Source: Brotaphodocola sp.
Lineage (GTDB): Bacteria > Bacillota > Clostridia > Lachnospirales > Lachnospiraceae
DNA: 64,000 nucleotides
Reading direction: 5' to 3'
Assembly (NCBI RefSeq): GCF_050873365.1
Contig: NZ_JBNMIQ010000016.1
Span: 1,682 to 65,681, forward strand
Shown here piece after piece: positions 9,197-19,455 of the stretch. Numbering within the stretch: the first letter of the stretch is position 1; each line of letters starts with the position of its first letter. Below the pieces are notes generated by a model. That model saw nothing but the letters and a program-made list of their open reading frames with translations, did not search any database and was not told where the DNA came from. The position numbers were made by a program, and so were the translations under genes.

Positions 9197-9359
9197 GTTA
9201 TTTTCTTTCCTCGTCTCTCTGTTCTGCTTCCCGATCCCACAAAGCCCCCACCCGTAAGATCAGGACCCAGAACTATTTTCCTCGACGCCTGCAAAGCGCA
9301 TGTATATATTCCTTATGACTTGCCATCATTTCATTTCCCAGACCTTATTAAATCCAGAT

Positions 9360-9917
9360 CTACCAGATCAAAAATGCCTGAACGATACTCCAGATTGCAA
9401 GAAACAGTCTCCAGACCACAATCAAAATCAGGAAGAGAGAAAAGGCTCCGATCGCGCTCCCCTTCCCCTCCTTCTTTGAGTTGTCTGTCCGGGTTCCAAA
9501 TGTCTCCTCCCAGTCGTTTCCACCGCGGTAATTTCCACTGTTTCCACTCAGAGAAGAGCCATTTTTTGAGGATTTCTGGCTGTTTTTCTTGCCTGTCTGA
9601 GACAGAGTTTTCACTGTCGAGACAGTCATCGTCTTCTCTGTCTTTGTTTTACTATTCGTTTTACTATCCTTTTTGCCATCCTTTTTTCCGCCCTTCTTTG
9701 TCTTAGGACTGGCGGAATACTCCCCCTGCCTATGTACCGAATCCTGATAGGAATCATGGTCATGGTAACTGCAAGAGGTTTCATTCTGCGGATGGCGTTC
9801 ATTCAGATAGTACGTCACATCCTGAATTCTTGGATGACGCACCCAGCTGTGACAGACCCGACAGTAATGTCTCCCTGTCATGACCTGATCACAGATCGGA
9901 CAAACTCTCCGAATCAT
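9360..9917 (-). CDS. hypothetical zinc-ribbon membrane-anchored protein
   Basis: Start placed at ATG 9917 with strong RBS AAAGGAGGAG. It has a CPICDQ...CRVCH zinc ribbon, a K/T/S-rich low-complexity linker and a C-terminal TM helix. I do not recognise a family. Confidence 0.55.
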   Translation of the reverse strand: MIRRVCPICDQVMTGRHYCRVCHSWVRHPRIQDVTYYLNERHPQNETSCSYHDHDSYQDSVHRQGEYSASPKTKKGGKKDGKKDSKTNSKTKTEKTMTVSTVKTLSQTGKKNSQKSSKNGSSLSGNSGNYRGGNDWEETFGTRTDNSKKEGKGSAIGAFSLFLILIVVWRLFLAIWSIVQAFLIW

Positions 9918-10019
9918 CGCTCCTCCTTTCCGAAGCGAAGAATCTCTGATAAATACCCGATGAATATTCATGAATGATCCGTCAAATATTCCTCAGAGAT
10001 CCTCTCGATTCGTCAACGA

Positions 10020-11426
10020 TCAGCCACAGAGCTCCACAATCGCCAGAGCAAAGATCTTCGCACTTGTCACAAGATCATAGATATTTGCGAACTCATCTGC
10101 TCCGTGCATGCGGTTGTCTACCCCCGGCATCGAAGCGCCGAAAGCGACACCGTTCTTTAAGTGATGAACGTAAGTACCGCCACCCATCGACTGGCAGGTT
10201 CCCTTCTCACCGGTATATGCCTCATAGGCCTTGAGCAGAGTCCGAACAAAATCGGAATCCTCGCTCACATAGTGCGGAGCGATCAGTGCCTTGTTGTGCA
10301 GGGTAAATCCATGCTCGCCAAGTCTCTTTCTGACAACTTCCAGCACGTTCTCATCGGTTCCGCAAACCGGGATTCTTCCATCGACCTCAGCGTCAATCGT
10401 CGTATCGGTCACAGTCAGCATATTGAGAGAGAGCGTGATGCGTCCGGAAATCTCATCCTGCATATCAACTCCGATTGTTGTTCCGTTCATATCGCCGTGC
10501 GGGAAGAGCTCTGCAATTCCCTTCAGGGAGTCAAGCTGAGCACTCTGTGCAAACGGCAGACGGCACAGCAGGTTCACAAGACCGGTCAGCGCATTGTTTC
10601 CATCTTCCGGAGTGGAAGCGTGAGCACCTGCACCGACAGCGGTGATCTCTGCCTCATCTCCGTTCCAGTCATTCTCAAACTTCACGCCGATTGCCTGAGT
10701 CGTCTCTGCCTCTGCGCTCTCAAGAACAGATTTCTCGATTCCCTTTACAACAGCTTTTGCCTTGCCCGGAACAACGTTGATCTTCGTTCCGGCATTGATC
10801 TTCACGATCTTCGGCAGGGCCTCGGATGCCTCAAATTCCTTCGTGAAATGACCCGGGAAACGTCCTTTCTCGACATTTACAAGCGGGTAGGAGGCATCCG
10901 GAGAGAATGTCATCGGTGCTTCCTCCTCCGTGCTGTAATAGTGCTTGATGTCGGAGCTTCCGCACTCCTCATCCGTGCCGAGAATCAGGCGGACATTCTT
11001 CTTTAACGGGATTCCGAGTTCCTTGACTGCACGCATTGCGTAGAGAGCTGCGACTGCCGGTCCCTTGTCGTCTGCGGTTCCGCGTCCGTACAGGCGTCCG
11101 TCCTTCTCGATCGGATCAAACGGCTGAGTTACGGTCCAGCCCTCGCCTGCCGGAACAACATCCAGATGCGCCAGAATGTCGAGGTGTCTCGGCAGTTCCT
11201 CGCTCATATCCACACAGCCAACATAACCATCATAATCGAGGGTCTCAAATCCGTATCCCTCTGCCATGTCCAGAGCCGTGTCAAGGCACTCTGCCGGTCC
11301 CGGTCCGAACGGCATATCCTCCTCAGCCGGCATCTTCTCGCTGTTGATTCGGCAGAGTTCAAAGATATCCTCAATCATCTCCTGTTTGTGTGCTTCAATA
11401 TATTTGTCAATTTTGTCCTTGTACAT
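10020..11426 (-). CDS. pepV: M20-family dipeptidase PepV (Sapep family)
   Basis: Motifs HLDVVPAGEGW and GRGTADDKGP. The N-terminus MYKDKIDKYIEAHKQEMIEDIF aligns with PepV starts, so ATG 11426 is preferred over the GTG at 11459. Confidence 0.85.
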   Translation of the reverse strand: MYKDKIDKYIEAHKQEMIEDIFELCRINSEKMPAEEDMPFGPGPAECLDTALDMAEGYGFETLDYDGYVGCVDMSEELPRHLDILAHLDVVPAGEGWTVTQPFDPIEKDGRLYGRGTADDKGPAVAALYAMRAVKELGIPLKKNVRLILGTDEECGSSDIKHYYSTEEEAPMTFSPDASYPLVNVEKGRFPGHFTKEFEASEALPKIVKINAGTKINVVPGKAKAVVKGIEKSVLESAEAETTQAIGVKFENDWNGDEAEITAVGAGAHASTPEDGNNALTGLVNLLCRLPFAQSAQLDSLKGIAELFPHGDMNGTTIGVDMQDEISGRITLSLNMLTVTDTTIDAEVDGRIPVCGTDENVLEVVRKRLGEHGFTLHNKALIAPHYVSEDSDFVRTLLKAYEAYTGEKGTCQSMGGGTYVHHLKNGVAFGASMPGVDNRMHGADEFANIYDLVTSAKIFALAIVELCG

Positions 11427-11565
11427 GATGTCGCTCACTTTCTGCAAATTTCTTTGCACGCTTCTCTTCTTCTCTTTTCTGATTCCTGTTTCTAAGTTTC
11501 TATTTCTAATTTTTCTAATTTCTATTTCTAATTCTAATTCCTGTTTTTCTTACTGCTCAGATTCT

Positions 11566-12012
11566 TTATTTCATCATCTCAGACAGGGTCTGGTTGACGA
11601 GCTTGCCATCTGCCTTGCCCTTTACCTTCGGCATCAGAACCTTCATGATCTTGCCTTTGTCTGCACCGGTAGGCTTCTCAATGCCAAGCTCTGCGAGAAC
11701 GCCCTTGATGACCTCTGCGATCTGCTCTGCGCTCATATCCTCCGGAGCGAACTCCTTGTAAACGGTCATTCTTGCCAGAGCCTCTTCCTTGATGTCTGTG
11801 CGGTCTGCCGGAGCAAGATCGTAAGTCTCCTGAGTCTGACGGATCTCTTTCTTCACGATCGCATTCTCTTCCTCTTCGGTAAGCGGTTCACGCTTGTCGA
11901 TCTCCGCGTTCTTCAATGCGGACAGAAGCATGGAAAGGGAATCCTTTCTCGCCTTATCTTTTGCCTTCATTGCCTCTACCATTGCTTTTCTTACTACATC
12001 AATCTTGCTCAT
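11566..12012 (-). CDS. GatB/YqeY domain-containing protein
   Basis: 148 aa with typical YqeY-family sequence (MSKIDVVRKAMVEAMKAKDKARKDSLSMLLSALKNAEIDK). Confidence 0.85.
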   Translation of the reverse strand: MSKIDVVRKAMVEAMKAKDKARKDSLSMLLSALKNAEIDKREPLTEEEENAIVKKEIRQTQETYDLAPADRTDIKEEALARMTVYKEFAPEDMSAEQIAEVIKGVLAELGIEKPTGADKGKIMKVLMPKVKGKADGKLVNQTLSEMMK

Positions 12013-12087
12013 GACACATTCTCCTCTCTTCTCTTATATTTATTTGTATTTGTTGTTTATCTATTTATTGTTTTGTTAAGCGGGTTA

Positions 12088-13695
12088 TTAGTCCCGTCCG
12101 AACTCACTGAGTTTCAGACCCGGATTTCTCTCCTCAACCATGCCGACACTCCAGCTGTTGACGAACAGCAGAAGCGGGTTGTCCTTGAGATCCTTGATGC
12201 GCTTCATGTCGGAAGTACCCTGAATGCGGGCAACATCGATCTCTTCCTTGTTCTCAATCCAGCGGATGTACTCGTAAGGCAGTTTCTCGAGCTTAACCTC
12301 TACGTTGTACTCATTTTCCAGACGATAGGTCAGGACCTCAAACTGAAGCTCTCCGACTACGCCGACGATGATCTCCTCCATACCGGTGTTGAACTCCTGG
12401 AAGATCTGGATCGCACCTTCCTGTGCAATCTGGGAAACACCCTTCAAGAACTGCTTACGCTTCATCGTGTCGATCTGGCGCACACGAGCGAAATGCTCCG
12501 GTGCGAATGTCGGGATGCCCTCAAACTGGAACTTCTCATTCGACAGGCAGAGCGTATCACCGATTGAGAAAATACCCGGATCGAAGACACCGATGATATC
12601 TCCGGCATAAGCCTCATCGACAATCTTTCTGTCCTGAGCCATCATCTGCTGTGGCTGAGTCAGTCTCAGCTTCTTTCCGCCCTGAACGTGGTTGACTTCC
12701 ATTCCAGCCTCAAACTTGCCGGATACGATTCTCATGAATGCGATACGGTCGCGGTGTGCCTTATTCATGTTTGCCTGAATCTTGAAGACGAACGCGGAGA
12801 ACTTCTCCTCAAACGGATCAATGATTCCGGTTGTTGTTCTTCTCGGAAGCGGGGACGTCGTCATCTTGAGGAAGTGCTTTAAGAATGTCTCCACACCGAA
12901 GTTTGTCAGCGCCGATCCGAAGAAGACCGGGGAGAGGTTTCCACGGCTGACACGATCCATATCGAACTCATCTGCCGCTCCGTCGAGAAGCTCGATCTCG
13001 TCGAGAAGTTGCTGGTGATAGTCTGCTCCGATCACAGAATCCACATCTGCGCCCTCGACATCAAACGTCTGGGTTGCAACCTCCTTCTGTCCACCCATCG
13101 CTGCGGTGAACGTCGTGATCGTCTTGTCGTGACGGTCGTACACACCCTTGAAGTTCTTTCCACAGCCGATCGGCCAGTTGATCGGGCAGGTACGGATTCC
13201 GAGCACGTTCTCGATCTCGTCCATCAGCTCAAACGGATCTCTCGCCTCACGGTCCATCTTGTTGATGAAGGTGAAGATCGGGATCTTTCTCATCACACAG
13301 ACCTTGAACAGCTTGATCGTCTGCGCCTCGACACCCTTTGATCCGTCGATGACCATCACGGCACTGTCCGCTGCCATCAGGGTACGATAAGTATCCTCCG
13401 AGAAGTCCTGATGTCCCGGGGTATCCAGAATGTTGATGCAATATCCGTCGTACTCAAACTGCATAACGGAGGAGGTAACGGAAATTCCTCTCTCCTTCTC
13501 GATCTCCATCCAGTCCGAAACTGCATGCTTTGCAGCCTTTCTTCCCTTTACGGTACCAGCCAGATTGATTGCTCCTCCGTAGAGCAGGAACTTCTCGGTC
13601 AAGGTCGTCTTACCTGCATCCGGGTGGGAAATAATCGCAAAGGTTCTTCGTTTCTTAATTTCTTCTGCTATATTTGACAAGCGTCTTTCCTCCAA
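12088..13695 (-). CDS. prfC: peptide chain release factor 3
   Basis: GTPase motifs AIISHPDAGKTT, DTPGHQDF and NKMD. There is no ATG at the 5' end. TTG at 13680, preceded by GGAGGAAAG, is a more likely start than TTG at 13695. Confidence 0.9.
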   Translation of the reverse strand: MEERRLSNIAEEIKKRRTFAIISHPDAGKTTLTEKFLLYGGAINLAGTVKGRKAAKHAVSDWMEIEKERGISVTSSVMQFEYDGYCINILDTPGHQDFSEDTYRTLMAADSAVMVIDGSKGVEAQTIKLFKVCVMRKIPIFTFINKMDREARDPFELMDEIENVLGIRTCPINWPIGCGKNFKGVYDRHDKTITTFTAAMGGQKEVATQTFDVEGADVDSVIGADYHQQLLDEIELLDGAADEFDMDRVSRGNLSPVFFGSALTNFGVETFLKHFLKMTTSPLPRRTTTGIIDPFEEKFSAFVFKIQANMNKAHRDRIAFMRIVSGKFEAGMEVNHVQGGKKLRLTQPQQMMAQDRKIVDEAYAGDIIGVFDPGIFSIGDTLCLSNEKFQFEGIPTFAPEHFARVRQIDTMKRKQFLKGVSQIAQEGAIQIFQEFNTGMEEIIVGVVGELQFEVLTYRLENEYNVEVKLEKLPYEYIRWIENKEEIDVARIQGTSDMKRIKDLKDNPLLLFVNSWSVGMVEERNPGLKLSEFGRD

Positions 13696-13872
13696 TTACT
13701 CTTTTACTTACTCTTTTACTCTCTTCGTATGATTGTTTTGAATCGTTTCGTGTTGCTATTCTTGTTGCTATTTTTATTGCTCTTCTTATTGTTATTTTGT
13801 CTCAACCTTTAATTTTATCAGAGAAATTCCGTTTTGACAACCAAAAAGAATGTGCCCCGACACGCAAAAAAA

Positions 13873-15060
13873 CTATTTCCGGAAAATCCGGTCGAGAAGC
13901 ACATGGGCGACCTGATCCTTCGACATCTTTTCGAGTTCTTCCGCTCCGTCCTTTGTGATCAGCGTCACAACATTCGTGTCCGTTCCAAATCCGGCTCCGG
14001 CAGTCTTCAAATTGTTTGCGACAATCATGTCGACATGCTTCTTCTCGAGTTTTGCCTTTGAGTTTTCAAGCATATTCTGGGTCTCCATCGAGAATCCGCA
14101 CAAGAACTGTCCCTCTCTGCGATGGTTGCCAAGCCATGAGAGGATGTCATCGGTTCGCTCAAGCGCAATGCTCATATCCCCGTCGCTCTTCTTCGTCTTC
14201 TCTGTTCCGACAACCGCCGGACGGTAATCGGCAACCGCTGCCGACTTGATGATTGCATCCTGTTCAGCGCTTCGAGACGTCACCGCCTCAAACATATCCC
14301 GAGCACTCACAACCGGGACGAGTGTTACACCAAGCGGAACTTTCTGGTTCACCGGACCGGAAACAAGCGTCACTTCGGCGCCTCTTCGCGCACCTGCGCG
14401 CGCAATCGCATATCCCATCTTTCCGGTCGAGTGGTTCGTGATGTAGCGAACCGGATCGATCGCCTCCTGTGTCGGACCTGCGGTCACAAGAATCTTCTTT
14501 CCGGCAAGATCTTTCGGGAACGCGATCTCCTGAAGAATATACTGAAACAGAGTCTCCGGCTCCGGCATCTTTCCGGCTCCGGTGTCCCCGCAGGCGAGGT
14601 ATCCGCTCGCCGGCTCAATCACATGCATTCCGTATTTTCGGCAAATCTCAAGATTGTCCTGCGTGATCGGGTTCTCGTACATCTGCGTGTTCATCGCCGG
14701 GACGATGTACTTCGGCTTCTTGCAGGCAAGAAACGTCGTCGTCAGCATATCATCCGCAAGACCGTGCGCCACCTTTGCGATCACGTTCGCCGTCGCCGGA
14801 GCGATCATGAAGATATCCGCCTGTTTTGCGAGCGAGACATGCTCCACCTGAAACTCAAAATTCCGGTCAAACGTATCGACCAGACATTTCGTTCCGGTCA
14901 GCGATTCAAATGTCACCGGTGTAATAAAATTCGTCGCATTCTCCGTCATAATGACACGCACGTTTGCATGCTGTTTCTTCAACATGCTGACAAGACTGGC
15001 GATCTTGTAGGCGGCGATTCCGCCCGTCACGCCAATTACCACAGTCTTTCCCTGAAGCAT
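13873..15060 (-). CDS. coaBC: bifunctional phosphopantothenoylcysteine decarboxylase / phosphopantothenate-cysteine ligase
   Basis: Flavoprotein N-domain (VVIGVTGGIAAYK) plus a CoaB ligase domain. Start placed at ATG 15060 with RBS GGGAGG; the ORF-track GTG at 15120 has no RBS. Confidence 0.9.
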   Translation of the reverse strand: MLQGKTVVIGVTGGIAAYKIASLVSMLKKQHANVRVIMTENATNFITPVTFESLTGTKCLVDTFDRNFEFQVEHVSLAKQADIFMIAPATANVIAKVAHGLADDMLTTTFLACKKPKYIVPAMNTQMYENPITQDNLEICRKYGMHVIEPASGYLACGDTGAGKMPEPETLFQYILQEIAFPKDLAGKKILVTAGPTQEAIDPVRYITNHSTGKMGYAIARAGARRGAEVTLVSGPVNQKVPLGVTLVPVVSARDMFEAVTSRSAEQDAIIKSAAVADYRPAVVGTEKTKKSDGDMSIALERTDDILSWLGNHRREGQFLCGFSMETQNMLENSKAKLEKKHVDMIVANNLKTAGAGFGTDTNVVTLITKDGAEELEKMSKDQVAHVLLDRIFRK

Positions 15061-15258
15061 GATTTTCCTCCCTGCCGATTCTCGATCGACTTTTCTATCG
15101 ATTTTTCTATCACTTTTCACAGCGATAACGTTCTTCGGTATTTCTCATAATTTTTCATAAAACAAACTAATTTTGACCAATTTGGTAATCATTGTACCAT
15201 ATTTTTTTCTTCATTGAAAGGGATTCCATTTGAGTTTCCTTCCATTATGTGTTAAGGT

Positions 15259-15391
15259 GTTACTGTACAGAGGTAGGCACTTTTGGAACCGAAAGTGCCG
15301 TAAGATAACGTGGTGGTAGCGGGAATTTGCCGTATTTAAATGCGAAGCCACGGCAAATTCCGTTACTGGGCACGTGCGCGTGAACAGTAAC
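15259..15391. mobile_element. 133-bp MITE-like / structured repeat element, copy 2
   Basis: Matches 2902-3034 at 130/133 positions in the same orientation. It is flanked by a perfect 8-bp direct repeat GTTAAGGT (15251-15258 and 15392-15399). The right flank continues with an extra copy of the left terminus (15400-15410). Confidence 0.6.
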
Positions 15392-15506
15392 GTTAAGGTG
15401 TTACTGTACATGACCGGATACCAGTACAACGGGATACCATCATGACAGAATACTATCGTGGAAACAGACAGAACAGATACGAATTCAATTTTAAAGGAGT
15501 TTTTAT

Positions 15507-16289
15507 ATGATATTAGCAATCGATATGGGTAATACAAACATCGTCATCGGCTGTATCGACGACAAACAGACCTATTTTGTGGAGCGCGTGACGACAAGCC
15601 ACGACAAGACGGGCACCGAGTATGCGATCAACATCAAAAACATTCTCGAGATTCATCACATCGAGCCGTCACAGATCGAGGGAGCAATCCTCTCCTCCGT
15701 TGTCCCGCCTTTAAACGCCGTGATCTCCTCCGCTGTGAAAAAGATCCTCGGCTATCACCCGATGCTCGTCGGTGCAGGCATCAAGACCGGAATGAACATC
15801 CTGATGGACAACCCGAAAACCGTCGGCAGTGATATGATCGTCGACGCAGTTGCCGCCATCCACGACTATCCGTGCCCGATCATCGTCATCGACATGGGAA
15901 CGGCGACGACACTCTCCGTTGTCGATCAGTCCGGCAACTACATCGGCGGTGTGATCCTCCCGGGTCTTCGCGTCTCCCTCGACTCCCTGAGCAGTAAGAC
16001 TGCCCAGCTCCCGTCGATCAGCCTTGACATTCCAAAAAGTGTCATTGGCAAGAACACGATCGACTGCATGAGAAGCGGAATCATGTACGGCAATGCCGGC
16101 ATGATCGACGGAATCATCGACCGCATGCAGGAAGAGCTCGGAACGACTCCTTCCATCGTTGCAACCGGCGGTCTCTCCCGCTTCGTTGTTCCACTCTGCC
16201 GTCACAAGATCGTCTACGACGATGCCCTTCTCTTAAAGGGACTTCTGATTCTCTACGAGAAGAACAACACTGCAAAAGAGAACGCATAA
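15507..16289 (+). CDS. coaX: type III pantothenate kinase
   Basis: 260 aa starting MILAIDMGNTN, with ASKHA-fold CoaX signatures. Confidence 0.9.
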   Translation: MILAIDMGNTNIVIGCIDDKQTYFVERVTTSHDKTGTEYAINIKNILEIHHIEPSQIEGAILSSVVPPLNAVISSAVKKILGYHPMLVGAGIKTGMNILMDNPKTVGSDMIVDAVAAIHDYPCPIIVIDMGTATTLSVVDQSGNYIGGVILPGLRVSLDSLSSKTAQLPSISLDIPKSVIGKNTIDCMRSGIMYGNAGMIDGIIDRMQEELGTTPSIVATGGLSRFVVPLCRHKIVYDDALLLKGLLILYEKNNTAKENA

Positions 16290-16355
16290 ACATTTACGTT
16301 TAAACGTATACACGCACAAACACAGAAACTCAAGAACTCAAAAACCATCTAAAAA

Positions 16356-16412
16356 GAGGCTGATCTCCGGCAAACTCCTATCTCTTGCCGGGGACCAGCC
16401 CCTCTTTGATTC
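16356..16412 (+). terminator. candidate terminator after coaX
   Basis: Imperfect long hairpin GAGGCTGATCTCCGGCAA ... TTGCCGGGGACCAGCCCCTC followed by a T-rich run. Confidence 0.45.
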
Positions 16413-16524
16413 CTTTTCTTTTTGAACAACTCGAAATCGCAATCTCGATTTTCATTTCCAATTTCCATACCGTTTCATACCGCTTCGCAGTCCAACACCG
16501 CTTTTATCCCACTTTCATAACACC

Positions 16525-16983
16525 TTAATACAGCGAATGTATCCAGAGTGCCAGCAAGATTCCAAGCACTGCGCCAGCGAGAACCTGAAGCGGGGTATGT
16601 CCGACAAACTCTTTGAGTCTTTTCTGAATATGCTCATTGTCGAGCTTGAAGAAATCCTGCTCCATGATCAGATTCAGAAGTTTCGCCTGTTTTCCGGTCT
16701 CCTGCCGAACTCCGATTGCGTCATACATCACAACCGCCGACAATACAAAGGAGATCGCAAACTCAAACGAGCTCACCCCGTAGCACAGTCCCGCGGACGT
16801 TGTCAGTCCACAGACTGTCGCGGAGTGGGAACTCGGCATTCCGCCCGATCCCACAAGTCTCTCCGGTGTAAAACTCTTGTTGATTGAAAAATCAATGATC
16901 GTCTTGAGCACCTGCGCGACTACCCAACCGGTCAGCGCGCTGACGAGTACCTCATTGCTACACAAACTTTCCCAGAATGTCAT
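16525..16983 (-). CDS. divergent PAP2-family membrane protein (YuiD-like, DUF212)
   Basis: 152 aa; GGMPSSHSATV, MYDAIGVR and GHTPLQV match the B. subtilis YuiD pattern. Confidence 0.85.
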   Translation of the reverse strand: MTFWESLCSNEVLVSALTGWVVAQVLKTIIDFSINKSFTPERLVGSGGMPSSHSATVCGLTTSAGLCYGVSSFEFAISFVLSAVVMYDAIGVRQETGKQAKLLNLIMEQDFFKLDNEHIQKRLKEFVGHTPLQVLAGAVLGILLALWIHSLY

Positions 16984-17063
16984 GTTTTTCTACTCCCATC
17001 CGGATGCCGTTATCGTTCGTTTTCTTCGCTGACTCTCTACCAATTTGCTAATCGGTTCTGTTC

Positions 17064-17657
17064 TTATCCTGCAACGTGCAGAACGTGAGCCAGCCGGCAA
17101 ACCCACTGGTTCTCTCTGATTCCGTCCCCGACTTCCGCAAGACTGCACGCCTTGTCCGCAAGACAGAGTGCCATGCCTTCCTTCGTCGCCGGTGGAATCG
17201 GAGTCAACGGCCACATGTGGCGGAGAATCATATTTTTCTGATCCTCCGTCACCTCAAAATACTTTTCTGCATTGTTCATCGCAGTTCTCGGATGGGTGAA
17301 ACCGTGAAAGCGCTCTCCGGTCATCTTTCCGTGAGTATGCCAGTCATAGAGAAACAGATCGTGAAGGAGACCGGCTCTCGCCGACTCCCGGCTGTTCCAT
17401 CCCATCCGCTTGCATATGCGGTAAGTCAGATACGACACCCGGATGCAGTGATCCCGGCACGTCGTCTGACCGTGCTGAATGTAATGTTCCATCGACTGAA
17501 ACACCGGATGCTCCAGAATGTCCATCACACAGCTCAAATATTCCTCATCCCCCGCATACCGCCCGAGAGCGGTCCAGCCGGTATCTTCCAGCCATTCTTT
17601 CAACTGACGCCGTTCCTCGGCAGTCAGCAAATCCTGTCTTCTGATCAAATTTCTCAC
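17064..17657 (-). CDS. HD-domain phosphohydrolase
   Basis: 197 aa with a conserved H...HD pattern (RDHCIRV, LLHDLFLYDWH). Confidence 0.7.
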   Translation of the reverse strand: MRNLIRRQDLLTAEERRQLKEWLEDTGWTALGRYAGDEEYLSCVMDILEHPVFQSMEHYIQHGQTTCRDHCIRVSYLTYRICKRMGWNSRESARAGLLHDLFLYDWHTHGKMTGERFHGFTHPRTAMNNAEKYFEVTEDQKNMILRHMWPLTPIPPATKEGMALCLADKACSLAEVGDGIRENQWVCRLAHVLHVAG

Positions 17658-17780
17658 CTTATTTCCATCTCACATCAGAAATTTCATCTCACATCAGATG
17701 ACCACAGATCTTTACTCAAGCCTTACTTATTTCTTTTATGACTCAGATTCTTATGATTCAAATTTTTATCACTCAGATCT

Positions 17781-19226
17781 TTAATATCCGATCAGCCAGT
17801 CGTAAAGCTCCTGATACTTCATTGCGGAAGCATGCCAGGAGAAGTCTGCGCTCATCGCACGGTCAATAATCTTGTTCCACTCTCTCTTCTTGTCGTAGTA
17901 GATGTGTTTTGCATAGCGAACCGTGTCAAGCATCTCATGCGCATTGTAGTTCGAGAAGGAGAAACCGGTTCCTCTGCTCTCGTACTCGTTGTACGGCTCT
18001 ACGGTATCCTTGAGTCCGCCGGTCTCACGAACGATCGGAACAGTACCATAGCGCAGGGCCATCAGCTGGCTCAGTCCGCACGGCTCAAACAGGGACGGCA
18101 TCAGGAATGCATCACAGCCTGCATAGATCTTGTGGGACAGCTCATTGGAGTAATAGATCTGAGCGGAAACGCGATCATGGTACTTCCAGTCATAATGACG
18201 GAACATGTTCTCATACTGCTCATCTCCGGTTCCAAGAACGATCAACTGCATGTCATCACTGCACAGCTCATCCATCACACACTGAATCAGATCAAGACCC
18301 TTCTGATCCGTCAGACGGGAAACGATGCCGACGGTGAACTTCTTCTCATCAACCGGAAGTCCTAACTGCTCCTGAAGGGCACGCTTGTTCTTTACCTTCT
18401 CTTTGCGGAAATTCTTTGCATTGTAGCTCTGAGCGATCAGGGAATCCGTCTCCGGATTGAACTCATCGTAGTCGATGCCGTTTAAGATTCCGCGCAGATC
18501 ATTCGCACGTGCACGCATCAGACCGTCAAGACCCTCACCGTAGAACGGCATCTTGATCTCCTCCGCATACGTCGGGCTTACGGTTGTGATCGCGTCAGCA
18601 AACACGATTCCACCCTTTAAGAGGTTTCCATCCTTGTATGCCTCGAGCTTATCCGGCGTAAAGTAATAATCCGGAAGCATCGAAAATCTCTGAATCGTCT
18701 TCACATCCCAAACGCCCTGGAACTTCAGGTTGTGAATCGTGATGACGGACTTGATGTTCTGGAAGAACTCGCCTCCGCGGAAACGATCTTTTAAGTAAAC
18801 CGGAATCAGACCGGTCTGCCAGTCGTGGCAATGAACTACATCCGGTTTGAATCCGATCACCGGCAGTGCTGAGAGTGCTGCATTACAGAAAAAGCAGAAC
18901 TTCTCATCATCGTAAAGCCAGTCTCCATAAGGCTTCGGACCACCGAAATAGGACTCATTATCAATGAAATAATAAGTAATTCCATCATACACATACTGCA
19001 AAATTCCGACATAACGGCTCTGACCGAGATAATCCATATAAAAATGATTGACATAGGTCATGTTGTTGCGCCATTTTTCCGGGATACACAGGTACTTCGG
19101 AATCATCACCCTCACATCGTAGTACTGCTTGTCAAAACACTTTGGAAGTGAACCGACAACGTCCGCCAGACCTCCCGTCTTAATAAATGGAACTGCTTCC
19201 GATGCCACAAATAAAATATTTTTCAT
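17781..19226 (-). CDS. glgA: glycogen synthase (ADP-glucose type)
   Basis: 481 aa with the N-terminal signature ASEAVPFIKTGGLADVVGSLPK. Confidence 0.95.
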   Translation of the reverse strand: MKNILFVASEAVPFIKTGGLADVVGSLPKCFDKQYYDVRVMIPKYLCIPEKWRNNMTYVNHFYMDYLGQSRYVGILQYVYDGITYYFIDNESYFGGPKPYGDWLYDDEKFCFFCNAALSALPVIGFKPDVVHCHDWQTGLIPVYLKDRFRGGEFFQNIKSVITIHNLKFQGVWDVKTIQRFSMLPDYYFTPDKLEAYKDGNLLKGGIVFADAITTVSPTYAEEIKMPFYGEGLDGLMRARANDLRGILNGIDYDEFNPETDSLIAQSYNAKNFRKEKVKNKRALQEQLGLPVDEKKFTVGIVSRLTDQKGLDLIQCVMDELCSDDMQLIVLGTGDEQYENMFRHYDWKYHDRVSAQIYYSNELSHKIYAGCDAFLMPSLFEPCGLSQLMALRYGTVPIVRETGGLKDTVEPYNEYESRGTGFSFSNYNAHEMLDTVRYAKHIYYDKKREWNKIIDRAMSADFSWHASAMKYQELYDWLIGY

Positions 19227-19455
19227 CGAATCCCCCTCCTCTACCGTACCCGCTCCCCTCGCGGATTCTCATCTCGCTACCGCTCACGCTCCATCATAGA
19301 TGCTTCGCGTTTCTCACGCACTCAGATCCCATCGAAAACTTATCTGAACTGCAATCCCTGACACACGAAAACGATAACCTCGTATCTTCAAGTATACAAT
19401 ATTTGTGGCAATTTAGAAAGTAAAATCTTGCTTTATTTTTCTAAACATTCCAAAT

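Noticed and set aside
9197-9359. SAM (S-box) riboswitch or Met T-box upstream of metF
   Set aside because: I could not find the S-box core motifs or a T-box (AGAGA box, specifier loop, T-box sequence) by eye. No call is made without a covariance-model search.
11266-12567. 433-aa plus-strand ORF
   Set aside because: It runs antisense across the pepV 5' end, an intergenic stutter region, yqeY and the prfC 3' end. The sequence is low-complexity and L/S/C/F-rich, and the minus-strand genes have unambiguous family signatures. It is a shadow ORF.
16468-16482. 15-nt match TCATACCGTTTCATA with 57204-57220
   Set aside because: Both lie in low-complexity TCATACC-type stutter tracts. A match of this length between compositionally similar repeats is expected by chance.
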